Of a stretch of 64,000 nucleotides of DNA, positions 49,632 to 59,436 are shown piece after piece. The position numbers and the translations under genes are program-made. The stretch lies in the NCBI GenBank assembly GCA_965248265.1, contig CBDFJF010000002.1, forward strand, positions 1,152,001-1,216,000. Direction: 5' to 3'. Origin of the DNA: Candidatus Latescibacterota bacterium. GTDB taxonomy: Bacteria > Latescibacterota > UBA2968 > UBA8231. Numbering within the stretch: the stretch's first letter is position 1; every line of letters starts with the position of its first letter. Below the pieces are notes generated by a model. It searched no databases and was not told the DNA's origin. It was given only the letters and a program-made list of their open reading frames with translations.

Positions 49632-50606
49632 ATGACTGACCTCTTACCAGCATTTGGCGACTCCATGAAGGGCGCATTGAAACACTCTGCCATGCGACTC
49701 TGCTGTGCCGTTGCCATCGTCATCTGCCTCGTAGTTCCGCTCCGCGCAGAGCAGTCGGTACTGGTGCTCAAGGAGGACGTCCCTCAATACAACGCCACGC
49801 TACAGAGTATCGAAGATGCTCTCTCCGAAACAACCGGAGAGTTTTCACTCGTCGTCGTCGATGTCGACACACTCGACACCGAGCTCGCCTCGTCTTACAC
49901 CGATCGGACCAGCGGTCCGATTCTGTCCATCGGAACTGAGCCCTCCGTATTCGCTGCCCAGACTTTTCCGGACCGCCCCCTCATCTACGCTATGGTCTTG
50001 AACCCGGGGCGGGATGAGCTTCTTGCGCTCGACGACGAACGGGTGATAACGGGCGTTTCGGCACGAGTCGATCCCTCAAGTCTCATCGAGTGCGTCGTGC
50101 GACTGAACGTCGGCCTGGAGACGATCGGCCTCGTCTACACGCCCGATTACTTCCAACAGTACGTGTCAGACTTGAGATCAGCCGCCGCGGAAGTGGAAAT
50201 TGGCATGGTGGCTCTTGAAGTCGAATCAAAAGACGAGTTCGTCGATCGATTCAACGAGGTCCTCAACTCCGGCATCGATTGCTTCGTGATCCTGCCGGAT
50301 TTCGACATTTACGAGCCGAGCACCATCGAGTATGTCCTCATCAACACATTCAGGCGAGATGTGCCCTGCCTGGGACCGTCACACGCCGTTGTGGAATCGG
50401 GCGCGCTGTGGGGATTGAGCATTCATCCCCCCAGCATCGGTAGACAGGCGGTGGGGATGCTGATCAGATACCTTGCGGGCGAACCAGTCCCGCCGGAGTA
50501 CTCGAAGCGCAATGTGTTCAGCTTCAATCCACTGACAGCGGAGAGTCTGGGCGTCCGGATCGGGATTGCCGATCTCGATGGGACCAGCGCGATACTGCCT
50601 GAATAG
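49632..50606 (+). CDS. Periplasmic ABC substrate-binding-like protein
   Basis: Signal peptide; SIGT, PLIYAMVLNP, ITGVS, IGLVY, VESGAL, IGRQA, FNPLTAESLG. Confidence 0.8.
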   Translation: MTDLLPAFGDSMKGALKHSAMRLCCAVAIVICLVVPLRAEQSVLVLKEDVPQYNATLQSIEDALSETTGEFSLVVVDVDTLDTELASSYTDRTSGPILSIGTEPSVFAAQTFPDRPLIYAMVLNPGRDELLALDDERVITGVSARVDPSSLIECVVRLNVGLETIGLVYTPDYFQQYVSDLRSAAAEVEIGMVALEVESKDEFVDRFNEVLNSGIDCFVILPDFDIYEPSTIEYVLINTFRRDVPCLGPSHAVVESGALWGLSIHPPSIGRQAVGMLIRYLAGEPVPPEYSKRNVFSFNPLTAESLGVRIGIADLDGTSAILPE

Positions 50607-50619
50607 GGGCATTTGAAAC

Positions 50620-52905
50620 GTGAGACTCTGGATAAAGCAATCGCTGTTGATATCCGTGTTCATCTTCTCTACGGCGACGTTGCTGGGCTGGTTGTTCCTC
50701 AGGTACGAGGTGGACATCATCGAAAACGCCCTGCGCGAAAAAGGAAAATCCCTGGCTGATAGCTTCTCGCGCAGCAGCGAATTTGGCATCGCCTTTCGCC
50801 ACACCGACCAGCTCGAAAAGCTCGCCTCCGGGCTCACCAAAGAGAGAGACGTCGTCTACGCACTGGTACTCGACGACGAGGGCAAGCTGCTGTCGGGGGC
50901 GTACAATGACGTTCTGTCGGTTGATGGGCGAAACGAGATCGAGTCCTTCGACCGCAGTGTCCCGACACTGACCATCACCCGTTTCACGCTCGGCCAGACA
51001 GAGGAAGAGATTCTCGACATCGCGGCCCCCGTGCACATGCAGAAGTTCGCACAGCGCAAAGCGGAGCTCGATCCTCTGGCCGGCGGTGAAGATGCCGTCC
51101 TCCGCGAAGACCAGCAGATCGGCCAGATCGCGATCGGATTTTCGCTAACCTTGATGCACGAGGCCATCGCCGCAGCAACAAGGCGAGTCATCTTGCTCAC
51201 GGCGCTGATCACAGCTCTGGCGATCGCCCTGTCGATCGCCCTGTCGGCCTTGATCACGCGACCGATCGGTGACCTGGTTCGCGGCACGCAGGTAGTATCC
51301 ACGGGCAACTTCGACTACGTCATCCCTGCCGCAAGCAACGACGAGATCGGTGAGCTGGCGGAGTCTTTCAACGACATGACTGCGAACTTGAAGGAAACGA
51401 CTGTCTCTCGCGACTACGTCGACAACATCCTCCGTTCCATGAATGAGAGCTTGATCGTCGTCTCCCATCAAGAACAGATGATACAAACCGTAAACCCGGC
51501 CACTTGCTCCCTGCTGGGGTACGCTCAGCAGGAGCTCGTAGGCCAGTCGCTCGAACGCATAATCCCCAACGTCGGGCAGATCGACGTTCCGGGGTATGCA
51601 GAGGCTTCGGAAACGGGAGTCGGGCCCACCGAGAGCGTTTACCTGAGCAAGGCCAGCGAAGAGATACCGGTGTTGCTCTCCACTGCCGCCCTGCGGGGGC
51701 GCGACGGAGAGATCCTGGGGATCGTGTGTCTGGCACAGGACATCAGAGAGCGCAAGTTTCTGGAGGAGCAGCTGCTGGGCGCTCAGAAGATGGAAGCCAT
51801 CGGCCAGCTCACCGCCGGTGTTGCCCACAACTTCAACAACATGCTGCAAGGAATCTCAGGCTGCTTGGAAGTTGCTTTGCTCGATGGAGACGCGAAGACT
51901 GAAACGCCGCTGAAACGCGCGCAGGAAGCGTCCATGCGCGCTGCTGAGATGATCCAGCAATTGCTGCTGTTCTCACGCCGCGAAATCGTGAGCACTGCCG
52001 AGCCAATTGAGATTCCGCCGCTGCTCTCCGAGACCGCGGAAATGTGTCGAAGGACGTTCGACCGGAGAATCGAGATCGATCTCGTGCCCCTGTCGCGTGA
52101 AGTCCCGAAGGTCCTGGGAGACGGCGCCAAACTCGAACAGGTCTTCCTCAATCTGTTGATCAATGCAAGAGATGCCGTGGCCGGCAATCCCGGCCGCGCT
52201 TCGATCGACATCGCCGTCGATTCGTTGGACATATCGCGCGATGCGTCTCCACCGGGTATCGCTTCGGGGTGTTTTGTCCGAGTCAGCATCGCCGACAATG
52301 GCGTCGGCATGGACTCGGAGACGAAGCCGCGTGTGTTCGAACCCTTCTTCACCACGAAAGAGGTCGGTAGGGGCACGGGTCTGGGGTTGACGACTGCTTT
52401 CGCCATAGTGCAGCAGCTGGGAGGATGGATCGAGTTCGACAGCGAGCCTCAGGCGGGGACCAATTTCCGTGTACTCCTGCCGCAGGTCGAAGCGGACACA
52501 AAAGACGTAAGCTCGGCGGCACCATCACCACCGCGATCCGGGCTCGCGACCGGAACTGTTCTGGTCGTAGAGGACGAAGACGTCGTCAGGGAAATCACGG
52601 TGGAGATTCTCGAACGCAGTGGTCACGAGGTGCTCGCCGCTGCCGACGGCGTCGAGGGGCTACGCCTGTTCGAGACCGAGGGGGGCCGCATCGACGTGGT
52701 GCTTCTCGACCTGTCCATGCCGCACATGTCTGGAACCGAAGTGATTGAACGGCTGCAATCCTCACCGAAGCCGCCGCAAATCGTCGTTTTCACCGGCTAC
52801 GGATTCGACCAGGATCTGGCGGAACAGGTTTACGATGTGGTTCAGAAGCCCTTGAGGAAGGACGATCTGCTCAGGAAAGTGGGCAACGCCCTGAGTGCCA
52901 CCTGA
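50620..52905 (+). CDS. Hybrid sensor histidine kinase (2TM-HAMP-PAS-HisKA-HATPase-REC)
   Basis: DEIGELAESFN, GVAHNFNN, NLLINARDA, DNGVGM, FTTKEVGRGTGLGL, VLLDLSMP. Confidence 0.95.
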   Translation: MRLWIKQSLLISVFIFSTATLLGWLFLRYEVDIIENALREKGKSLADSFSRSSEFGIAFRHTDQLEKLASGLTKERDVVYALVLDDEGKLLSGAYNDVLSVDGRNEIESFDRSVPTLTITRFTLGQTEEEILDIAAPVHMQKFAQRKAELDPLAGGEDAVLREDQQIGQIAIGFSLTLMHEAIAAATRRVILLTALITALAIALSIALSALITRPIGDLVRGTQVVSTGNFDYVIPAASNDEIGELAESFNDMTANLKETTVSRDYVDNILRSMNESLIVVSHQEQMIQTVNPATCSLLGYAQQELVGQSLERIIPNVGQIDVPGYAEASETGVGPTESVYLSKASEEIPVLLSTAALRGRDGEILGIVCLAQDIRERKFLEEQLLGAQKMEAIGQLTAGVAHNFNNMLQGISGCLEVALLDGDAKTETPLKRAQEASMRAAEMIQQLLLFSRREIVSTAEPIEIPPLLSETAEMCRRTFDRRIEIDLVPLSREVPKVLGDGAKLEQVFLNLLINARDAVAGNPGRASIDIAVDSLDISRDASPPGIASGCFVRVSIADNGVGMDSETKPRVFEPFFTTKEVGRGTGLGLTTAFAIVQQLGGWIEFDSEPQAGTNFRVLLPQVEADTKDVSSAAPSPPRSGLATGTVLVVEDEDVVREITVEILERSGHEVLAAADGVEGLRLFETEGGRIDVVLLDLSMPHMSGTEVIERLQSSPKPPQIVVFTGYGFDQDLAEQVYDVVQKPLRKDDLLRKVGNALSAT

Positions 52906-52972
52906 GAGTCCTACGGCTCGTCCTCCACCAATCGCACAGCTGTCATGTACCGAAGCAACGGAGCAATGTGTC

Positions 52973-54508
52973 ATGATCGTCCAAAACGGCGGACCCCACA
53001 CCAGCCTCGAAGAGGCAGCTCTCTTCCCATTTGACGATCACAGCGTTCCATTTAGCTACCGTCTTCAGTGCGGCCTGGTGCCGGCGGCCAGTCCCTATGA
53101 GGGCCACATAAAGGTTATGGGAAATGGCCAGCAGGGAGCTCCGGACAGCGAAAACATCAAATACTATGGAAGCGTCATCCGCATCGAAGACGAGTTCAGG
53201 ATGTGGTACATCGGCGTGGACGATCTGCCGCCGGACAAGGCTCTGGACGGGGCGATTCTGCAGGGAACGGGCCCCGGGGCGGGAAGTGGTCGAGTCTGCT
53301 ACGCGGTGAGCCGGGATGGCATCCACTGGGAGCGACCAGCGCTCGGCCTGGTAGAGTACGGCGGCAACGCGCAGAACAACCTCGTGGACCTGGACAAGAG
53401 GGGGTTGACGATCTGCCTGGTCCTGCACGATCCCGAAGAGCCCGATCCTGCAAGGCGATACAAGATGATCTATGAGATCAACCCATTCGATATCGGCGCC
53501 GCCTTCAGCCCGGACGGTCTGTGCTGGGTAGACTCTCCCCACAATCCTGTTTTGAAACACAACGCTCTTGAGCCCGGGGGGCTGGCCCGGTTCAACGGGT
53601 GCTATTACCTCAACGGACAGGGCGCCGACCACCACCTGCGGCTGCAGAAGCGAAGGCTCATCACCTATGTGTCGTATGACTTCGACCATTGGGTTGAGGC
53701 GGCAGCACCCGGCTTCAAGCGGGATGACCCTCCCCGCGAGCAAGTCGCGGGAGTGCACAGAGGTGAACAGGTCCACGAAGGGGTGAACCTGTGGAACAGG
53801 GGCAACGTCATCCTCGGTCTGTACGACCAGTGGCACGGCACGTCCACGGATGCGCTGGGCACCATAAACGAGGGGTTCATCGCGATGGATCTGGGATTCG
53901 TCGTCAGCAATGACGCCATCCACTTTCGAGAGCCGCTTCCCGATTACCCGATGATTCCCTCTGACGGCATCTGGACAGCCTCCGCATCGCAGCCACTTCA
54001 CGTGGCGCCATCTCTGACGAAGGGCCAAGGGTGGGTCAATCACGAGGATGTGACTCTGACCTGGTATGCCCACTTTTGGGGAGGGGTTGTCTGCGTGGCC
54101 CGGTGGCCGCGCGATCGCCTCGGTTATTTCGAAGTGGTCCCGCGCCTCGATCCAGGCACATTGATACCGAGCCTGCAGACAAAACTGGACCCACACTTCA
54201 CGTCATGTGCGATCCAACTGGAGCAAGCGGATACTCAAGTCTACGTGAATGCCGACGGTCTCTGTGAGGGCAGCTCGATCAAGGTCGAGATTCTGGACGA
54301 GCAATTCACGCCCTTGCCGGCCTATTCGGGGGACGATTGCATTCCGCTTTCAGAATCGGGTCTGCGGCAGCCCGTCGCCTGGCGCGGCAGGAGTACGCTC
54401 AAGAAATGGGACCACCCCATCCGTGTGAATGTGAGCTGGGAGGGCTCGAGGCCTGAGGACGCCTTTGTATACACAGTCTATCTGGTCGAAGGAGAGGACA
54501 CACGGTAG
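52973..54508 (+). CDS. Putative beta-propeller glycosidase-like protein
   Basis: FRMWY, CYAVSRDGIHWERPALGLVEY, SPDGLCW, SNDAIHF, YVNAD..VEILD. Confidence 0.7.
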   Translation: MIVQNGGPHTSLEEAALFPFDDHSVPFSYRLQCGLVPAASPYEGHIKVMGNGQQGAPDSENIKYYGSVIRIEDEFRMWYIGVDDLPPDKALDGAILQGTGPGAGSGRVCYAVSRDGIHWERPALGLVEYGGNAQNNLVDLDKRGLTICLVLHDPEEPDPARRYKMIYEINPFDIGAAFSPDGLCWVDSPHNPVLKHNALEPGGLARFNGCYYLNGQGADHHLRLQKRRLITYVSYDFDHWVEAAAPGFKRDDPPREQVAGVHRGEQVHEGVNLWNRGNVILGLYDQWHGTSTDALGTINEGFIAMDLGFVVSNDAIHFREPLPDYPMIPSDGIWTASASQPLHVAPSLTKGQGWVNHEDVTLTWYAHFWGGVVCVARWPRDRLGYFEVVPRLDPGTLIPSLQTKLDPHFTSCAIQLEQADTQVYVNADGLCEGSSIKVEILDEQFTPLPAYSGDDCIPLSESGLRQPVAWRGRSTLKKWDHPIRVNVSWEGSRPEDAFVYTVYLVEGEDTR

Positions 54509-54545
54509 GAGGATTCGATAAATACTACCGGAATGATTGGCCGGG

Positions 54546-55598
54546 CTACGCCTTCAGAACCTCGCCCACGATTGCCGCCGCCGCGTCGATATCGTCGTCG
54601 CCGAGGCCATGGTGGGTTATGAACTTGACGGATCCAGCGTCGAGTACGCTTACCCCAACTCCTTTACCTAGCACGCGCTCCGTGAATTCGGCTGGGGTCA
54701 TACAATTGATCTCCACACGCACGATGTTGGTTTGGACCGTCTCCATATCCACGCTGATACCTTCCATGGCAGACAGCAGCTCGGCCAGGCGCCTGGCGCG
54801 GGCGTGATCTTCCGCCAGCCTCGGTATCATCGTTTCCAGGGCGACGATGGCGGCGGCGGCGGACATGCCCTCTTTGTGAATGGAGTGCGAGCCGAGCATG
54901 CGGTGGTTGTCCCGCGCTCCCTCGATGAGGGATGCGGAGCCGCACAACAGAGATCCGTAGGGCGCCCCGATCCCCTTGTTCAGGCTCAGACTCAGCGCAT
55001 CGACGGGTGCCGCCAGCTCACTCAGCGAAAGACCGAGCGCTACGGCGGCGTTGAAGAAGCGAGCCCCATCCACGAACAGGGCCGCATCGTGGCTGTGAGC
55101 CACCTGCGAGACCTGGGTGAGGTAATCCAGGGACAGGGCGATGCCGCCCGCCACGTTGTGGGTGTTTTCGAGACAGACTAGAGGCGTGCAGGGGCGAAAC
55201 CCGTAGGGGCAATCGCTGAAGGCGGCCTCGATGTCGGCGATGGCCATTTCGCCGAACTTGTTGCCGCGGATGAGCCGGGGTGCCGCAGCGGCATGGGCGG
55301 CGATATTGCGTTCCTCCACCCACCACAGATGGCACCGCTCCTCCATGATGGCCACGTCACCGCGGCTGCAAAACCCCATCATGGCGAGCAGGTTGGCCAC
55401 ATTCGTCGTCGGGCACAGAAGGGCCGCTTCTTTCCCCGTCAGCTCCGCCCCCATCTTCTGCAACTGGGTCACGTACGGGTCCTCGTCCCATGATGGCCAG
55501 CCGATGTCGGCGGAACGCATCGCCTCCCACATCGCGTCGGTGGGCTTCAGCAGGAATTCACCCCGCGTGTCAATCTCCGGCTTTCTGCGGTCCGGCAT
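54546..55598 (-). CDS. ltaE: Low-specificity threonine aldolase family
   Basis: EDPYV, GKEAAL, CLENTHN, DGARFFNA, LNKGIGAPYGS, DHARA. Confidence 0.85.
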   Translation of the reverse strand: MPDRRKPEIDTRGEFLLKPTDAMWEAMRSADIGWPSWDEDPYVTQLQKMGAELTGKEAALLCPTTNVANLLAMMGFCSRGDVAIMEERCHLWWVEERNIAAHAAAAPRLIRGNKFGEMAIADIEAAFSDCPYGFRPCTPLVCLENTHNVAGGIALSLDYLTQVSQVAHSHDAALFVDGARFFNAAVALGLSLSELAAPVDALSLSLNKGIGAPYGSLLCGSASLIEGARDNHRMLGSHSIHKEGMSAAAAIVALETMIPRLAEDHARARRLAELLSAMEGISVDMETVQTNIVRVEINCMTPAEFTERVLGKGVGVSVLDAGSVKFITHHGLGDDDIDAAAAIVGEVLKA

Positions 55599-55615
55599 GA
55601 GCCTCTCCCGTTGGT

Positions 55616-56965
55616 CTAGCCTATGCTGCCCGAGTTGATGTCCTGCAGGGCAGTTTCAATCCGATTCAGCGCTTCGTCGATGTCCTCAGGCGTGTGGGCG
55701 GCCGAAAAACCGTGATGACCGGTAACCAGCTTGCCGTAGCCGTGGAAGTAAACACCCCTTTTGGCGCAGGCTCGATTGAACCGGTCTGCCATGTCGGCAT
55801 CCTCATCGAAGGTCTGCTCGAAGCGATCCACCGGCTTGGTGAGCCCGAAATGAATTCCGAAGCGCGCCCCCAACCCCTGAACATACGCGGTGATCCCCGC
55901 GCGCTGAAAGAGCTCCGTCAAACCACCGTACAGAGTGTCGGCGGTGGCGTATATGTGATTATAAAATCCGGGCTTCGTGATCTCCTCTATCGAGGCCAGC
56001 GCCGCCATGACGGCGAGGGTGTTGCCGGAGAACGTGCCGCTGTGGGCAACCTCCCCGGTGGGACTGACCTGATCCATGACGTCAGCCTTGCCGGCGATGA
56101 CGACGATGGGGGCGCCGTTGGCGACGGCCTTGCCGATCACGCAGACATCGGGAGCGACTCCGTAGTATCCCTGGCCACAATCCGGTCCTGTCCTGAAGGC
56201 CGACAGAACCTCATCGTAGATGAGGACGATGTTGTTGGCCGTGGCCACATCCCGAACCAGCTGCATGTACTCCGGAGTGGCGACGATACAGCCCTGGTTG
56301 TAGTTGATGGGCTCCATGATGATGCCGGCGATCTCGTGGCCGTGTTCACGCACCGCCCGTTCCAGTGCCTCCTCGTCTTTCCAGGGGATCACCAACACCA
56401 GATCGTCCAGCTCGGCCGGCATCCCTGACGACTCACTGCAGACCTCCACATAACTGCCCGGCTGGACAGGGTGTAGTGGACTGTGGGCATTGTACATGAC
56501 GTAGTCGTGCATGCCGTGAAAGTGCCCCCAGAACTTGAGCAGCTTCTTCTTGCCGGTGAACGCTCTGGCCAGCCGCAAGGCGACCTGGGTTCCTTCCGAA
56601 CCGGTGTTGCCAAGGCGCACGCGTTCGGCGCAGGGAATGATTTCGGTGATTTTTCTGGCCAGCCGGGTGTGTGCATCGATTTCGTAGCCGGCCAGGATGC
56701 CTGTGTCCAGCGCCGACAGGATGGCCTGGTGTGTGGCCGGGTGATTATGGCCCAGGAAGGTGGCCCCATGGGACAGATTGAAGTCGATGTACTCGGTGCC
56801 ATCCACCTCGAAGAGCCGACAGCCATCAGCTGAGCGCAGATAGAGCGCCCGTCCGATGGATGGATTGAACCGGGCCGAGGCGCACACGCCAGCGGGCATG
56901 TACTGTTCCGCTTCGCGTTGAAGCTCGCTCAGCCCTGACGTCTTCACGGGGTCTTTGGTGCTCAT
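55616..56965 (-). CDS. Class III aminotransferase (glutamate-1-semialdehyde aminomutase-like)
   Basis: DGTEYID, NTGSE, FHGMHD, YDEVLSAFR, GKAVANG, HSGTFSGN. Confidence 0.92.
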   Translation of the reverse strand: MSTKDPVKTSGLSELQREAEQYMPAGVCASARFNPSIGRALYLRSADGCRLFEVDGTEYIDFNLSHGATFLGHNHPATHQAILSALDTGILAGYEIDAHTRLARKITEIIPCAERVRLGNTGSEGTQVALRLARAFTGKKKLLKFWGHFHGMHDYVMYNAHSPLHPVQPGSYVEVCSESSGMPAELDDLVLVIPWKDEEALERAVREHGHEIAGIIMEPINYNQGCIVATPEYMQLVRDVATANNIVLIYDEVLSAFRTGPDCGQGYYGVAPDVCVIGKAVANGAPIVVIAGKADVMDQVSPTGEVAHSGTFSGNTLAVMAALASIEEITKPGFYNHIYATADTLYGGLTELFQRAGITAYVQGLGARFGIHFGLTKPVDRFEQTFDEDADMADRFNRACAKRGVYFHGYGKLVTGHHGFSAAHTPEDIDEALNRIETALQDINSGSIG

Positions 56966-57807
56966 GGCTTTGTCGCCGGAAGGTCGTCCAGGATTGCCAT
57001 GGTCTCATCCAATGAGATCTGGTCGCGCCCCTCGGTTTGTTTCAGGTATTCCCGGGACAGGTTATTGAGATTGCCGTAGAAACCGCGTGTCTCCTCGTCC
57101 GGATGGTCCCGCCACAGAGAGGGGGGTATGTAGGTGTGATCGCTGTGGTAGTCCCGGTGCCGGTGGCCGTAGTAGACGCCGACGGTTTTCCGTTCAGCCT
57201 GGGTTGGGCGGATGCAGACCGTGTGCAGGTGTGAGATATTGAACAGCACCGCTGTTCCCGCAGGGCCCTGAAGGTCGTGGATTCCGCACTGCTCCACCTG
57301 GGCTTCCTTGTTTATGATTTCATCATCGATCGATTGTGGCGAGATGGCGAAGCTGTGGGTTGCATCGCTGACGTCGGACAGATAGAGTTGCTGTCTCATG
57401 TAGCCGATGCGCAGCGGATGTTCCCGCCACATCAGACTATGCCCTCCGTCACGATGCCAGCGGCGGCCGACGGGTCCATCCCACGTCGTCATCGCGGGAA
57501 CCGGCTCCTCACCGTCATACGGCCCCATGTTGTTGAGACAGATCTGCCCGAAACTGGGATCATCGCCCATCAGCGCCCGCAGCGGCTCCATGATCTTGGG
57601 GTGCCGGATAATTTCATCGAACTCCGGCGCCGTCATCAGCGACTGGCAGTATTGGGTCTGCCAGATGCCGTTGTTCGTCCAGAAGCGGGCCAGGTCTCTC
57701 CGTTCGCGTTCGAAAATTTCGAGATAACGTCCTACCTCGTCAGGGGTCAAGACCTGGATAATGAGGTAGCCGTTCTGCTTGAAGAAATCGAGATCTTCCT
57801 GTTTCAT
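56962..57807 (-). CDS. PhyH family dioxygenase
   Basis: FFKQNGYL, WHRDG, YLSDV, GPAGTAVLFN..LH; paralog of 41920-42678. Confidence 0.9.
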   Translation of the reverse strand: MKQEDLDFFKQNGYLIIQVLTPDEVGRYLEIFERERRDLARFWTNNGIWQTQYCQSLMTAPEFDEIIRHPKIMEPLRALMGDDPSFGQICLNNMGPYDGEEPVPAMTTWDGPVGRRWHRDGGHSLMWREHPLRIGYMRQQLYLSDVSDATHSFAISPQSIDDEIINKEAQVEQCGIHDLQGPAGTAVLFNISHLHTVCIRPTQAERKTVGVYYGHRHRDYHSDHTYIPPSLWRDHPDEETRGFYGNLNNLSREYLKQTEGRDQISLDETMAILDDLPATKP

Positions 57808-57941
57808 CGGGAGTGCCTTTGGTTCGGTGTCGGGCCGGGTCAGGATTTCAACGACAAGCCACACTATATTGCGGACTCGCCGTCGAAGCAATGCATCCAG
57901 AATCTCACCCGGAATCTCACTCCTAGTGGAGTACCTGAATC

Positions 57942-59174
57942 ATGAAGATCGAGCACATAGAACAGATACCGATAGCCATGCCCTTTGCGCGGCGCTACGA
58001 CAACCACGCCGGCCGCATGCGCATGTACGACATGGACCAGCATCTCGTCATCAAGGTCCACGCAGACAATGGCCTGGTCGGGTACGGAGACTACGAAGAC
58101 TACCCCGATCCGCTGCCTCAGGATTTCATCGATTCGCTGATCGGCAGAGACCCCTTCGACTTTCTGCACAACAATTTCAACATGGCCCTGGGGATGGCGC
58201 TCTACGACCTGATGGGCAAGCATCTGGAAGTCCCGGCATACAAATTGATGGGTCAGAAAGTGCGAGACTCCGTACCGTACGGTGCCTGGACGCGGCCATG
58301 TCCGCCGGATGTTTTCGCCGAGGAAGTGCAGCGCGCCGTTGAGCACGGTTATCGCGTTTTCAAGATGCACTCCGATTCCCGCTACGACGTAATCGAGCAG
58401 ACCCTGGCTGCTGAGAAGGTGGCGCCGCCGGGTTTCAAGCTGCACTGGGACCTCAACCACAACCGCACCATGGGAACGATTCTGCCCCTGATCGTTGAAC
58501 TCGAGAAATTTCCGCTCGTCGGTTTCTTCGAGGATCCCCTGATCTGGCACGACATCGATGGCTGGCGAACTCTAAGAGAGAAGACCAGAGTGCCGTTGAT
58601 CATGCACATGCCGCAGCTGGGCGGTCTGCAGGAAGTCATTCACGGCGTCGCCGACATCTACATGATCGGCGGTAAAATTGGTGAGACGCTGATGTCGGGC
58701 TTTGCCTACGGCAAGGCCAACATCCAATGCCTGATCCAGCAGTCGGGCAATACCCTGATGCAGGCCATGACCTTGCACCAGGCTGCCGTGCTGCCGACCG
58801 CCTCAGCACACTCGATGACCTGTACGGATCAATACGAGGGCGATATCACGACCGAGACCTTACCGGTGATCGAAGGGTCCGTGCCGGTGCCGGAAGGACC
58901 GGGGCTGGGCGTAGAAGTCGACGAACAGAAGTTGGCAGAGGCCGCGGAGCGTGCTCATCTGCCACTACCCGAATTCATCGGCATCCTGCACATGCCCGGC
59001 GGGCACAAGGCGTACAGCCTAGGCCAGCCGCATGTCGATCGACTGACAGGGACCGAGGAGGGGCGCATCGTGGGTCTCAACTTCGAGCATTGGGAAAATG
59101 ACGGATCCGAAGAGTTCGCACGCGTGTTGAAGCGTTTGCAGGATGAGGGATCATTCGTCGAAGGAAGCCGTTGA
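57942..59174 (+). CDS. Mandelate racemase/muconate lactonizing enzyme family
   Basis: MALYDLMGK, FKMH, HWDLN, FEDP, PEGPGLGVEVD. Confidence 0.9.
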   Translation: MKIEHIEQIPIAMPFARRYDNHAGRMRMYDMDQHLVIKVHADNGLVGYGDYEDYPDPLPQDFIDSLIGRDPFDFLHNNFNMALGMALYDLMGKHLEVPAYKLMGQKVRDSVPYGAWTRPCPPDVFAEEVQRAVEHGYRVFKMHSDSRYDVIEQTLAAEKVAPPGFKLHWDLNHNRTMGTILPLIVELEKFPLVGFFEDPLIWHDIDGWRTLREKTRVPLIMHMPQLGGLQEVIHGVADIYMIGGKIGETLMSGFAYGKANIQCLIQQSGNTLMQAMTLHQAAVLPTASAHSMTCTDQYEGDITTETLPVIEGSVPVPEGPGLGVEVDEQKLAEAAERAHLPLPEFIGILHMPGGHKAYSLGQPHVDRLTGTEEGRIVGLNFEHWENDGSEEFARVLKRLQDEGSFVEGSR

Positions 59175-59383
59175 TGATAAAGCTGTAACCCGTGCCGTGC
59201 AGAAACAAGGCCGCTAAGAACCAGGGCCACGCCAGGTGCGCGGAGGCGTACCTGGCCGTCGCGCCGGTGGCCGTGAGCGTGCCGAGGTAGCCGAGGGTTT
59301 GCAGCATACCCAAGGCGTCGCTCTCACGGTTCAGCTCGGCGAGGACCTGGCGGTCGAGGCGCGTGCGGTACCAAGCGATCTTC
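59166..59383 (-). pseudogene. N-terminal shard of fatty-acid-desaturase family gene
   Basis: KIAWYRTRLDRQVLAELNRESDALGMLQTLGYLG..LFLHGTGYSFIINGF, breaking off just before the expected first His box. Confidence 0.65.
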
Positions 59384-59436
59384 CGCCGCGAGTTCAGGGT
59401 CCTGCTGCTGAGGTGACAATCGGGGTCCTTTGGCCG

